Origin: Eledone cirrhosa | Lineage: Eukaryota | Assembly: GCA_964016885.1 (NCBI GenBank) | Contig: OZ024742.1 | Location: forward strand, 211,544,001 to 211,608,000 | DNA: 64,000 bases | Direction of reading: 5' to 3' | Shown here: positions 27,076 to 37,504 of the stretch, in pieces | Layout of the letters: each line of letters opens with the position of its first letter | Position numbering within the stretch: position 1 is the first letter of the stretch | Position numbers and translations under genes: made by a program | The notes under the pieces: model-generated | Told to the model about the DNA's origin: nothing | What the model saw: only the letters and a program-made list of their open reading frames with translations | The model's database searches: none

Positions 27076-28259
27076 ATTTTGTAGAACATATAGTTATTTA
27101 TTTTATATAAAACTTGGTAAACAATAGCATTGTAGGTCACATATTTCCAACGGTCTAATCACAGCTTAATTTTATTTCTGATTGCAGCCTGGACAAGGGA
27201 GTGCTTGTACAAAGAGCTTTTTCAAAGATAACTGTTTTTTTGTTTGTTGATGTTTACATTCTTCATTGCTTTACATTGACAAAGGATATGTGCATGCGCA
27301 CGCTCATACACATACACACACATATGTGTATATCTTGAAATATACCTCAAGATATACAGATATGACTTTTTCAAATTTGCTATTGTGTGTATTAGTAATA
27401 TATTAACTGGCTCTATGGAAATTCCAGTCATTGACAATTGAGACAGGATAATTACTGTATTTCATTATTGTATCATTTAAATTATTAGACAATTAATTAT
27501 CATTATCATAATTTATTACTTAATTTAATAGTTCCTTATATACAATGGTTTTACTGATAGGGTTTCCTCTTTGTTTCCCTTGCCTATTGGTATTAACTAT
27601 TCTAACAAAACATACCAGCTAATGTCTTAGTCCTAGGGAATATAAAATATAAGTGTCCATAACTAAACACTGGTTGTTGCAAGTAAATCCCTATTTTATT
27701 AAATGTTTCACTCCTTGCTTTATTAATTGTCATTGAATAAGCTAATCTAACTGGAAACTGAGCTAGAGGATGGCATGTGTTAAATAATTGACGAGTAAAA
27801 AAAAGAAATATATTAGTTAGAAATATTAACTAGTCTTCACTTTCCCTCTCATCACCACAACTATAACTATCACCATCACAACCACCACAAGCTGCAGTTC
27901 TCAGTATATGTGTATGTGTGTGTTTATGTCAGTAGCATAAAGTAAATAAATGGCCTCCTCCTATCAACATTCAAATAAATGACCCTCTTTTTCTTTTATC
28001 TTGTAATGTTTTTACTTCTCCCCACCGTCAACACACAAGTAAATGGCAGTTTCTATCTTCTGCTTCACACTATTACTACTTCTTCCTCCCTTCAACATTT
28101 TTTCTCTCTCTTACTATTACCCCTCCCATCAAATTGTTCTCTCCCTCTCTCTTTTAGTACTTTACCTCCGGGGTCGATAAAATAAAGTACCAGTAATGAA
28201 CTGGATAATTGCTGGCCTTGTGCCAAAAGTAGAAACAATTATTATCTCAGGCAAAGGCT

Positions 28260-29010
28260 CATCTGTGACATCAATTGGAAATCACTTCTGAGACAAGCAG
28301 AGTTCAGAGTTATGTTATCCACTTGAGTATCAAGAGGGGGAGCCTATCGACAATACTTAACGTTACAGTTGGCTGGTCATGTCCTTGGTCTCTAAACTTC
28401 CAAATGAAATAGGACAAGGAAGGAGTCTATATAGTTCCTCTAGATACCATCTGGGGAAGTGAGGGTAGCTCTATATACTAAGGCCTTGGAAAGACAACAT
28501 CCCCTTAATGGGCTAGTAGCTATATTTTAGCAATTGCAGGAGTGAAGACTGTGTTTTCTTTTGTGGCGTGTAAAGCTGGAAACAATGTTATCTAGGCAAG
28601 AACAACTAACCATATGATTATGTGTACTGAAAAGTTCATGGTAATAATGTATAGTTGGAAAAAGGTAGAATATTTTCAGCAATATTTGAAAAGACATTTA
28701 AATTATGAGTTGGATTAAACCAGGTAACTTTCCCTTTATAGGTTCAGGATGGGTCAAAGATTCTCCACATAAGCTACGATGGGTCAAAGATTCTCCATAT
28801 AGGCTAACTTCTCATTGAAACCCCTCCTGTGATGCTTTCATGTCGAAATTTTCTGAAATATATAATAGATAGTAGACTTTCCTGCTTATGTCTACAACTA
28901 GGTTCCTATTTATAATTAAAAGTTGACTAGAGTTCTTATGGATATAAACTGTCTCTTCATCTAGTTTTCTAAAGGGGTAGTGCTTAGTTATCTTTAGATC
29001 TCAAATAATG
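28260..29010 (-). mobile_element. Old, heavily decayed Naiad-type PLE (RT end plus GIY-YIG)
   Basis: Manual translation gives HYPFRKLDEETVYIHKNSS, GFNEKLAY and CNC*..PLRGCCLSKALVYRATL..NYI. Confidence 0.7.
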
Positions 29011-29394
29011 TTTAGGAAATTAGTTAACGTATTGAAACTTTTAATTAACATATTGAAACTTTTTCAATATGTTAATATGTCTATATGGTGAGACTGCCTA
29101 GTTGTCATCACTATACAAACCTGATGTGAAAGAAGCTTTGTATTCTCTGTTTTGAATCTCCATTCTAATACTGTCTCTCGTTGGTTTTGGTTGTAAAAAA
29201 AAAAGTCATATTATATTAATGATAGAAAGGATATGATCATGAATACAGGTAGCCGAAATGGGGGTCCTTCCGAAGGGTCTTTGGAGTAACGTTACTCAAT
29301 AGAGTACGTAACCTGGAGATCAGAGAGTCACTCCAGGTAGAGACCCTGCTTCTCTGTATTGTGAGATCACAGTTCCAATATTAGAATGTCTTAG

Positions 29395-29680
29395 GAAAGA
29401 ATTGCTGGACACAGATTTTATGGGCAAAACTAACTGGCAGGAGACCCCAAATGGTTAAATAACACCCATGAGTTCAGCTGGTCTTGCTTGGGATCCAGAC
29501 TGATCAATTGGAGATGGTTGCTTCTGACAGGACCTGCTGGAAGGAGTACTTGAGGACTCTGCCACCATGACCCTCTCAGGAAGAAGAAGAAGAAGAAGAA
29601 GAAGAAGAAGAAGAAGAAGAAGAAGAAGAAGAAGAAGAAGAAGAAGAAGAAGAAGAAGAAGAAGAAGAAGAAGAAGAAGA
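29395..29680 (+). mobile_element. Short RTE-derived 3'-end retroposon with (GAA)n tail
   Basis: Encodes DQLEMVASDRTCWKEYLRTLP; homologous to 49999-50251(-). Confidence 0.7.
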
Positions 29681-29682
29681 GA

Positions 29683-30866
29683 CTGCAGCTGTTTTGTGCC
29701 ATCAAGAGTTTGTGCATTAACAACACCTATTTCAAACACAAGGCGATTCACAAGGCTACTTGGCAGTCTCCGGACCAGAAAAGCCGAAACGAGATCGACT
29801 ACATCTGCATCAACCAGCGCTGGCGGTCCTTGGTACGTGACATAAGAGTGTACCGAGGTGCGGACGTGGGCTCAGACCACCACCTACTGTGTGCGGAACT
29901 TCAGCTGCGCCTTAAAAAACGGACACGACAGGAAAGACCAAAGCCATGGAGAAGTCAAGCGTGACTGTACCAACTTCCGCTACACAACCGATTCCAGCAG
30001 TTGAGTGAGGCTGCAGATCTGGAAGATCAATGGACGATGTTCATGACAGCGGTGACTGAGGCAGCACAAGAAACTATTGGACGAAGATGAGGAACGAGGA
30101 GGGAAAAATGGATCCAAGAACCAACGTGGGACCTGATTGAGAAACGAAAAAAGGCAAAAGTCGAGCGAAATTCTGCTAGGTTGGAGGAAGACCAAAAGAA
30201 AAGGGATGCCGTATACCGCCAAATAGACCGACTGGCTAAGTGAAGCTGCCGGCGGGACAAATGTGACTGGCTGGAGAAAAAGGGTGCTGAGGCAGAGGAA
30301 GCTGCTGGTCGAAACGACACAAAAGCACTGTTCCGCATCGTGAGGGAGTTGACAGGAATGTCGAGCGGTGCCAACATGCCGGTGAGGGACAAAAATGGCA
30401 AGACGTTGACCACTGGAGCGGAACAGGAGCAGAGATGGATGGAGCACTTCCGGGAGACGCTGAACCAACCAAATCCGGTCGCCCTGATAGACTTGACCGC
30501 AGACACTCCAGCAACCACTGAGGTACTCAAAGTCTGCGAGAACTATATCATCAAGCAAGAGATGAAAGATGCGATTAGCCACTTGAGGAACGGCAAAGCA
30601 GGAGGACTGGATGAGATCTCTGCTGAGCTGCTCAAATTCGGTGAGGAGAGCGCGATAACGGCATTGACAAACTTGATGAACTACTGCTGGAGGGTTGGTC
30701 GGGTTCCCCTTGAGTGGCAGCGCGGTGTCATCGTCAAACTGCCGAAGAAGAGAAACCTGGCAGACTGCAACAACTGGCGTGGTATCACATTGCTGTTGGC
30801 GAGTACCCACTGCTCGATGCGCCGAACGGCGCGGAAGAATCTAAGACTAAGACTAAGACTAAAGTT
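29683..30866 (+). mobile_element. RTE-like LINE fragment (APE C-terminus to RT start) joined to a 3' tail (CTAAGA)n
   Basis: NTYFKHK..TWQSPD..NEIDYI..GSDHHL; GKAGGLDEI; KLPKK..CNNWRGITLL, then an abrupt switch to the tail. Confidence 0.85.
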
Positions 30867-30877
30867 TAAACTCTATC

Positions 30878-31140
30878 TTAAGCCAGAAGGCTCATTTGGC
30901 CGGTGCTTATCCCGGTTTCATGGCGTGAAGCGACTGAGAGTACAAGACTTCCCCCTGGACAGGACGCCAGTCCATCGCAGAGTTAAACCTCCAGCTATTG
31001 CTGGTACTCATTTTCAGCTGAGTATACTGGAGCAATGTGAAATGAAGTGTTTTGCTCAAGAACACAACACGCAACCCAGGAATCGAGCCCACGACATTAT
31101 GATTGTAAGTCCAACACCCTTACCACTAGGCCACGTGTCC
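30878..31140 (-). mobile_element. tRNA-derived SINE with Meta-like and V-like domains
   Basis: Minus strand: gtggcctagtggtaag (A box), ggctcgattcc (B box), cttgagcaaaacacttc..aaatgagtacc, gcgatggactggcgtcctgtccagggg. Confidence 0.75.
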
Positions 31141-31179
31141 CACACATATATATATATACAGTATATATGTAAAGTGGTC

Positions 31180-31485
31180 ATACAGGTATCACGACAAAAA
31201 GCACCCAGTTCACACTGTAGAGTAATCATGTAGGTGTCACGACAAAAAAGCACCCAGTCCACACTGTAAAGTGGTTGTGAAGGAGTCATGGCAAAAAGCA
31301 CCCATTACACACTGTAAATGTGGTTGGCATTAGGAATGGCATACAGCTGTAGAAATCTAGCTAGAAACAGTTCTGTATGAGCAGGATACTGTCACCTGAC
31401 CCAACCTGCCTCAAATGGGACAACCCGTCTAACCTATGCTAGCGTGGAAGGTGGACGTTAAATGGCAATGATGATGATGATGATG

Positions 31486-31487
<2 letters not shown>
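31180..31487 (+). mobile_element. SINE/LINE 3' tail shared with the RTE 3' UTR, ending in (GAT)n
   Basis: cacactgtaaa..ggttggcattaggaatggcatacagc..gtggaaggtggacgttaa(gat)n; also at 32670-33022 and 48280-48420. Confidence 0.7.
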
Positions 31488-31543
<56 letters not shown>

Positions 31544-31669
31544 GTAAGAAGTGAGTTTTATTGTAGAACAATAAAGCAATGCAAATATCGGATAAGTAAC
31601 ACTCAACGGTTTATTGGACTGGAGTATATATATTAAAAGAAATTAAAAGTTGGTTAAAAAAGTTCCATG

Positions 31670-31740
31670 TATTTTATTATGCGCATTTCAAAAACAAATA
31701 TCATCCTGGGACGATATTTGCGTTCTCATCAGATAAAATA
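31670..31740 (-). ncRNA. Type I hammerhead ribozyme (family C)
   Basis: tattttat CTGATGA gaacgcaaatatcgt..atgatatttgttttt GAAA tgcgca TA ataaaata. Confidence 0.87.
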
Positions 31741-31863
31741 GGGAGGCATGATATGATGCTTAAAAAACACTTGTTAACAAGGTAGTGTCTAATAAATTAG
31801 ACACTGCCTTGTTAGACACTACCTTGTTAACAAGTGTTTTTTAAGCATCATATCATGCCTCCC

Positions 31864-31934
31864 TATTTTATCTGATGAGAACGCAAATATCGTCCCAGGA
31901 TGATATTTGTTTTTGAAATGCGCATAATAAAATA
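31864..31934 (+). ncRNA. Type I hammerhead ribozyme (family C, mirror)
   Basis: Reverse complement of 31670-31740. Confidence 0.87.
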
Positions 31935-31975
31935 CATGGAACTTTTTTAACCATCTTTTAATTTCTTCTTATATA

Positions 31976-32063
<88 letters not shown>

Positions 32064-32245
32064 CACACATACATATATATACATACACAGACACAGACAC
32101 ATAGACACTCAGGCACACACACATACATATATATGTATATAGTGCCAACAGTTTCTGAAGAAATAGATCAAGGAAAAACAACGCTGTATGTAATGTGCAG
32201 AACCAAAATATATTATATGAATAAGATCTCACTACAAATGCATGC

Positions 32246-32317
32246 TACCTAACGTTTCAAACTTTAACTACTATAGAACAGATATTCTATATTTGGTAGT
32301 TTAGTTATCTTCAGGCA
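32246..32317 (-). ncRNA. Hammerhead-like motif with a long stem II and imperfect stem I
   Basis: tgc CTGAAGA taactaaactac..tatagaata/tgttctata..gtagttaaagttt GAAA cg TT aggta. Confidence 0.5.
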
Positions 32318-32633
32318 AAACGAAAATGGCTGAACGTTATTTCATATATAAGATCTTGTCAGATGTAATGATAGGTAATAATGTAGTAATCCAATGTGGT
32401 GGTTTTGTTGTACAGCGGTAGCAACGCATGTGTCTGTAGTTATACATATATACACATGTAAGTGTACATATGTACTTACTCCCACGAACAACCCCATTCC
32501 ATATATATTTGTATATTATATAATTATAATTTTGTAATAATAATTGTAATTGTTAAAGTGTCAATGTAATCTCTATGTGTATTTAAGTATATGGATTGCT
32601 CTAGTGGAAAATGTGTGTATGTGTCTGTGTGTG

Positions 32634-32669
<36 letters not shown>

Positions 32670-32673
<4 letters not shown>

Positions 32674-33022
32674 CCCGTCCCACTACCCCCACCATAATCA
32701 ACATCACCCCTTTCAATGTAAAGTTATGTTGGTGCCACAACATCCAGTCCGAAACAAATGAGGTCGTGTAGGTGTGACGACAAAAAAACACACAGTCCAC
32801 GCTGTAATGTGGCCGTGTAGGTAACATGGTAAAAACCTCCCAGTTCCACACTGTAAACGTGGTTGGTGTTAGGAAGGGCATCCAGCCATAGAAAACCCGC
32901 CAGATAGTCCTATGCGAGCAAGACAACCACTCTTGCCTCAAGTGGGAAAACTCCCGTCCAAACCCATGCAAGCGTGGAATATGGACGTTAAACGATGATG
33001 ATGATGATGATGATGATGATGA
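32670..33022 (+). mobile_element. RTE 3' UTR fragment with (GAT)n tail
   Basis: Homologous to 22960-23294. Confidence 0.8.
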
Positions 33023-33053
<31 letters not shown>

Positions 33054-33447
33054 TTCAGGTTATCAATAATATAGTGATAATATACCGTCTGTTACAGAAA
33101 CATATGTCAATACCTAATAAATTCCTTTATAATAAGCACTTTCATTTTATATTCATCTTTTATATATATATATATATATATATAGATTTTGAGTTTATGT
33201 TGGTTGTATGCGAACACCTCAGTATGCAGGCTGGAGCACTCGATGAAGTGCGCAGGTTGTTTTGGTTACTCCAGAGTAGTGTAAAATAAAGTTAAATAAA
33301 AGTCAAATGATTAAAATTTACCTTCGTTTATTATGACTCCAGTTCCTCAGTGAATTAACAACCCAACAAGGAACTGGGCATATCAGAGTATTGACAATAT
33401 TATACACCTAAACAACATATGTACTTGTCTATACCATACTAATTCAA

Positions 33448-33502
33448 ACTGCCTGAAGAGGTCACAGCCAAAGATGGCTGTCACTGAAATATATATAGCA
33501 GT
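33448..33502 (+). ncRNA. Type I hammerhead ribozyme (family D)
   Basis: actgc CTGAAGA ggtcacagcca-aaga-tggctgtcact GAAA tatata TA gcagt, followed by AATAAA. Confidence 0.88.
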
Positions 33503-33546
33503 AATAAACGAAGCTAAATTTTAATCATTTGACTTTTATTTAACTT

Positions 33547-33611
<65 letters not shown>

Positions 33612-33651
33612 CGATATTAATAAATGGAAACTATATTTATAAAACCATATC

Positions 33652-33716
33652 TATTTCATTATACATATTTCAGGGATACCAAGTTAAATTATGGTATGCC
33701 TTCATCAGACAAAATA
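33652..33716 (-). ncRNA. Type I hammerhead ribozyme (family B, left arm)
   Basis: Reverse complement of 33865-33929. Confidence 0.85.
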
Positions 33717-33864
33717 CAATATATAACAGTTTTACAAATAAGCTTTGACGTACCTTTTTAAAATGCAACCATTGTTTTTGGAAGCCATCCGGATGGCTTC
33801 CAAAAACAATGGTTGCATTTTAAAAAGGTACGTCAAAGCTTATTTGTAAAACTGTTATATATTG

Positions 33865-33929
33865 TATTTTGTCTGATGAAGGCATACCATAATTTAACTT
33901 GGTATCCCTGAAATATGTATAATGAAATA
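33865..33929 (+). ncRNA. Type I hammerhead ribozyme (family B, right arm)
   Basis: tattttgt CTGATGA aggcatacca..tggtatccct GAAA tatgta TA atgaaata. Confidence 0.85.
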
Positions 33930-34057
33930 GATATGGTTTTATAAATATAGTTTCCATTTATTAATATCGTATATCTACTCCAAATACTTGTCGAGTGCTT
34001 TATATCAGTTATAAAAATATTTACTTGTTGTATCCCAACAATTTTAAATAGAACTTT

Positions 34058-34127
<70 letters not shown>

Positions 34128-34389
34128 CATATATATATAACATCTATATGTATATAGATTTTGTGCTTAGTCTATATAGAAGTGGGCTGCAGTATTGTTA
34201 ATGGAATATGCATTATTTATGTAGCTTATTGCCTTTGACTGTATTTGAGTGTTGTTTGATGTGTACATATAGATCAGTTTATGGACTAAGGAGGTTGTAA
34301 GATAGTGGTATCTTTGTGTGTGGGCTTGTATTCTACCATGATGAGAGCATGTGGTATTGCATATAGGGCCATCCTCTGAAAAATTCATA

Positions 34390-35445
34390 CTTTGTATTTC
34401 TATATTTCTCAGAGGACTTCAGGCCTTGCAATATTCTAATTTTTTTGGTTAAGCAAAGTGAACACCTCTTTGTTTTTTTCCTATAAGGGCGTAATTTATC
34501 CAGAATATTTCAGTTAATCGTATATGGGATCGCTTTATCCTTCAGGTTCCACACAGTGTCATGCTATTCTCATTTCCTGATGTTTGAATGGTATGATAAG
34601 TAAGTAGTACTGTTGTTTGAACCAGTCTTGTGTAATACCCACATAATGTTCTTTGCTTATGTGTGGTTGGTTATAGTTGGTATGATCGTGGTTTCATATA
34701 CAGCCTCCTTCTATCCAGGTTTACATCAGGTTTGTAATTTTTGCCTTTATGTAAGGACCACAAGAGAAGCTGATCTTTACTGACTGCTTGTTGAAAATTT
34801 TCCTATACCTATATTCAGGAGAAATATGTTTATTTATCTAATACCCCTAAGAATGTTTTACTTATATTAGTCTTTACTTCGAGGGATTAGGGAGGTGTAA
34901 ACCGAATTATATTTCTTTTCCTATTTTTTTCATATATTTTGAGTGGTAGTGTTAGATATATATTTAATTTTATCTACGAAGTTACTATCCATGAGTGCTT
35001 TATTATAGTATGAGGGCTGCCTTATCAAATATCTCCTTGAATGAAGATAAGATGGAGATCCTATAGCTAATATTGAAATGTTTTTAAAGATCACTGTAGG
35101 GTGGCAGGATCCTCTATTAATGTATCTTAAATTTTCGTTAGGCTTATGATGAGGTTTATGGGTACATGTAGCTAAATCCAAGTTTACATGGAAGAAAATG
35201 GCATTGGTTAGATTAGTATCTATGGTTATTTTGAGTAGTTCTAAGTTAGTAAAAGTGAGTAGTATTTCTTTGCCAAAATTATCCAGGGAATCCCTGTTAC
35301 AGTTATGGCCAAAACATAATCATGGTAGAGACGAATGGTGTGGTTGGGGAATTTTCCTTTAAGGGCATGACGGATAAAAAGACAAACCAAATTGCACACA
35401 TCTGCACTATCATAGGAACCCATCGATACATCAATTGGGGATATT
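34390..35445 (-). mobile_element. Decayed Naiad-type PLE (RT core to GIY-YIG)
   Basis: DVSMGSYDSADVCNLV, RLYHDYVLAI, HKPNENLRYINRGSCHP, VWNLKDKAIPYTIN*NIL. Confidence 0.8.
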
Positions 35446-35765
35446 GCTATATGTACGCGCACTCGCGTGTGTGTATTTGTGTGCAAGTATGAATGTATTA
35501 AGACCGGAAGCGTTAACCAGACGTCCACAATCAGGTGTTGTCAGATAAACAATTTTCAAAACAGGATATGGGATAATGGCACCAAGTGTGCGATATTTGT
35601 GTCAGTCTACAGTGACTGGTTGGGCAAATATAAAAACAGCTGTAATAACCACAACATCAACAACACCGACAATAGCCACAGCAACAAACATCAGTAGTGA
35701 CACCTCCTACACAAACGAATAAATAGATAAATTAATTTACCCTAATGACAATCATAGTACAAATA

Positions 35766-35950
35766 ATTGTTTCTACTATAGGCAAAAGTCCAACAATTTT
35801 AGTGTATTACTGGTACTTTATTTTATCGACCCTGTAAGGATGAAAAGAAAAGCTAACCTCGGTGGGATTTGAACTCAGAACGTAGAGGGTCATGACTCTA
35901 TGTTGCAAACCATGGTGTCTGACACTTTCCCGATACTGCCAATCCACCAC
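35766..35950 (-). mobile_element. tRNA-derived SINE
   Basis: Reverse complement of the ttctgagttcaaatccc..cttttcatcc..gtcgataaaataaagtaccag family. Confidence 0.75.
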
Positions 35951-36337
35951 CAGTAATGTTGGTTATAGTGTAATAATAGTAATGGTAACAATTACAAAAA
36001 TTAAATAATAACAATAACAGCAACATTGTCTCATATCCTGTTTTAACATTTTTTTTATCTGACAACACCTGATTGTGGAGGCTTAGCTAACCCTTCCGGT
36101 ATTAACACACCCATACCTACACACATGCGTACATATATCATACTCCTAATTGAATACATAAACATAAATACACACACATATATACACATAAATATATATA
36201 TAGACACACACACAAGTAGGCCTGCCAACGCACCCAAACACTTACATACGCACACCCCCACACATAGAAATACAGCTGATGTTTATATATACCCAACATT
36301 TCACTGATCATCTCAAACACAGTATTTTTTGTTGAAT

Positions 36338-36430
36338 TACCAGTCTGAAGAGCAGATCGATATTGGAGTTGGGTCCATAACTTCTATGGGTGACCTAGAG
36401 CCAACCCTCTATGAAACATGCGTAACAGTT
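36338..36430 (+). ncRNA. Degenerate hammerhead with a long stem II
   Basis: accagt CTGAAGA gcaga..ttgg..tgggtc-cata..tatg..gaccta..ccaa..tctat GAAA catgcg TA acagt; stem I is weak. Confidence 0.45.
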
Positions 36431-36483
36431 TGTCTATATATCTATATATCTAGCTCTGTCTGTATATCTATATATCTAGCTCT

Positions 36484-37488
36484 TCTACAACTCGTCTCAC
36501 TAACAGAGTTGCAGTCCTGGGTCAAGCGAAAATGGGTTCCTGGCACCTCGAGTCCCTTCAGGCACCCACATCCCTCTACCAAGCGGAAACGGCAATCAGC
36601 AGAGACTCCACTTTGACATTCTATAGGGGATTAGTGGAGGGAAACTCTAGGCATCAAGGAGGATGAACTGACCAGTCTGTTCGGGAAGACTTTCCGTCCA
36701 GGGCCTATGGATAACTTCCAGAGGTCTCTGGCCTGGCAGTGCTACCGAAGAGCTCTACCAGTTTGAGACAAAATCTACAGGCATGGACGCCGTGGCAGAG
36801 ATCCTGCCAAAAGGACCTGTCCAAGATGCGAGCAGGACATCGAAACCGTTCTGCACGCAATTGTTCAGTGCCCAGGGGTGACCGACCTGTGGAATTATGT
36901 CGAACAGCTACTGTCACGTGTGGGATGCATCCAGTTGTCAGCCGAGTCCATCGTGAGAATCAACCCGCCGCCTTCATTTAAGAATGAAGGAGAGGCGGTT
37001 TTCCTGTCTGGTGGCTATGGCGAAAGAGGTAATATGGTGGACGAGGTTAAAAGGACTGAGGGCAAACACCTTTCTCTACAGACAACAACTCTTCCCCTTC
37101 TTTAAGTACCACTTCAGAGGGAAGGTGAGAGTGGAGAGGGAGGTGCTACACCCCAGTAAATTCGCTGAAAGTTGGGTGAATGTGGCGAAAATGGCCCAAG
37201 TGAATGGGCCTTCTCTGTGTATAAACCTGTAGGTTGAGAAAGTTAAACAGAGGGAAGACGGGAAGACCTACAAAACATATTCCTGATGTTGAGGGTTGTT
37301 CTATCCACGGGGTGTAAAACAACCCTGCAGTAACGCCCCCTCCCTATTGCGGATTTCAATTGTTATTTTACTATATATAGTTTATTGCTATTTATTAATG
37401 TTAAAGTTATATGATTTTTATGTAAAACCCCCGCCGTCATGTCTTGTAATGTCCCATTTTTGTACACCCCTGTGGCAAATAAAGAAAG
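36484..37488 (+). mobile_element. Tx1/L1-clade LINE 3' fragment
   Basis: Homologous to 40520-41535; ends gtggcaaataaagaaag followed by (TATC)n. Confidence 0.85.
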
Positions 37489-37504
37489 ATATCTATCTAT
37501 CTAT

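Larger units (their letters stand above)
31626..31978. repeat. Fold-back palindrome of PLE pLTR family C
   Basis: Arms ~31626-31792 and ~31813-31978; centre holds a duplicated mini-hairpin; homologous to 12465-12700. Confidence 0.92.
33607..33974. repeat. 368-bp spacerless palindrome of pLTR family B
   Basis: Centre gaagccatcc|ggatggcttc at 33790/33791; arms symmetric out to 33607 and 33974. Confidence 0.95.

Noticed and set aside
30878-31140. tRNA gene
   Set aside because: The A/B boxes belong to a SINE head; there is no complete cloverleaf.
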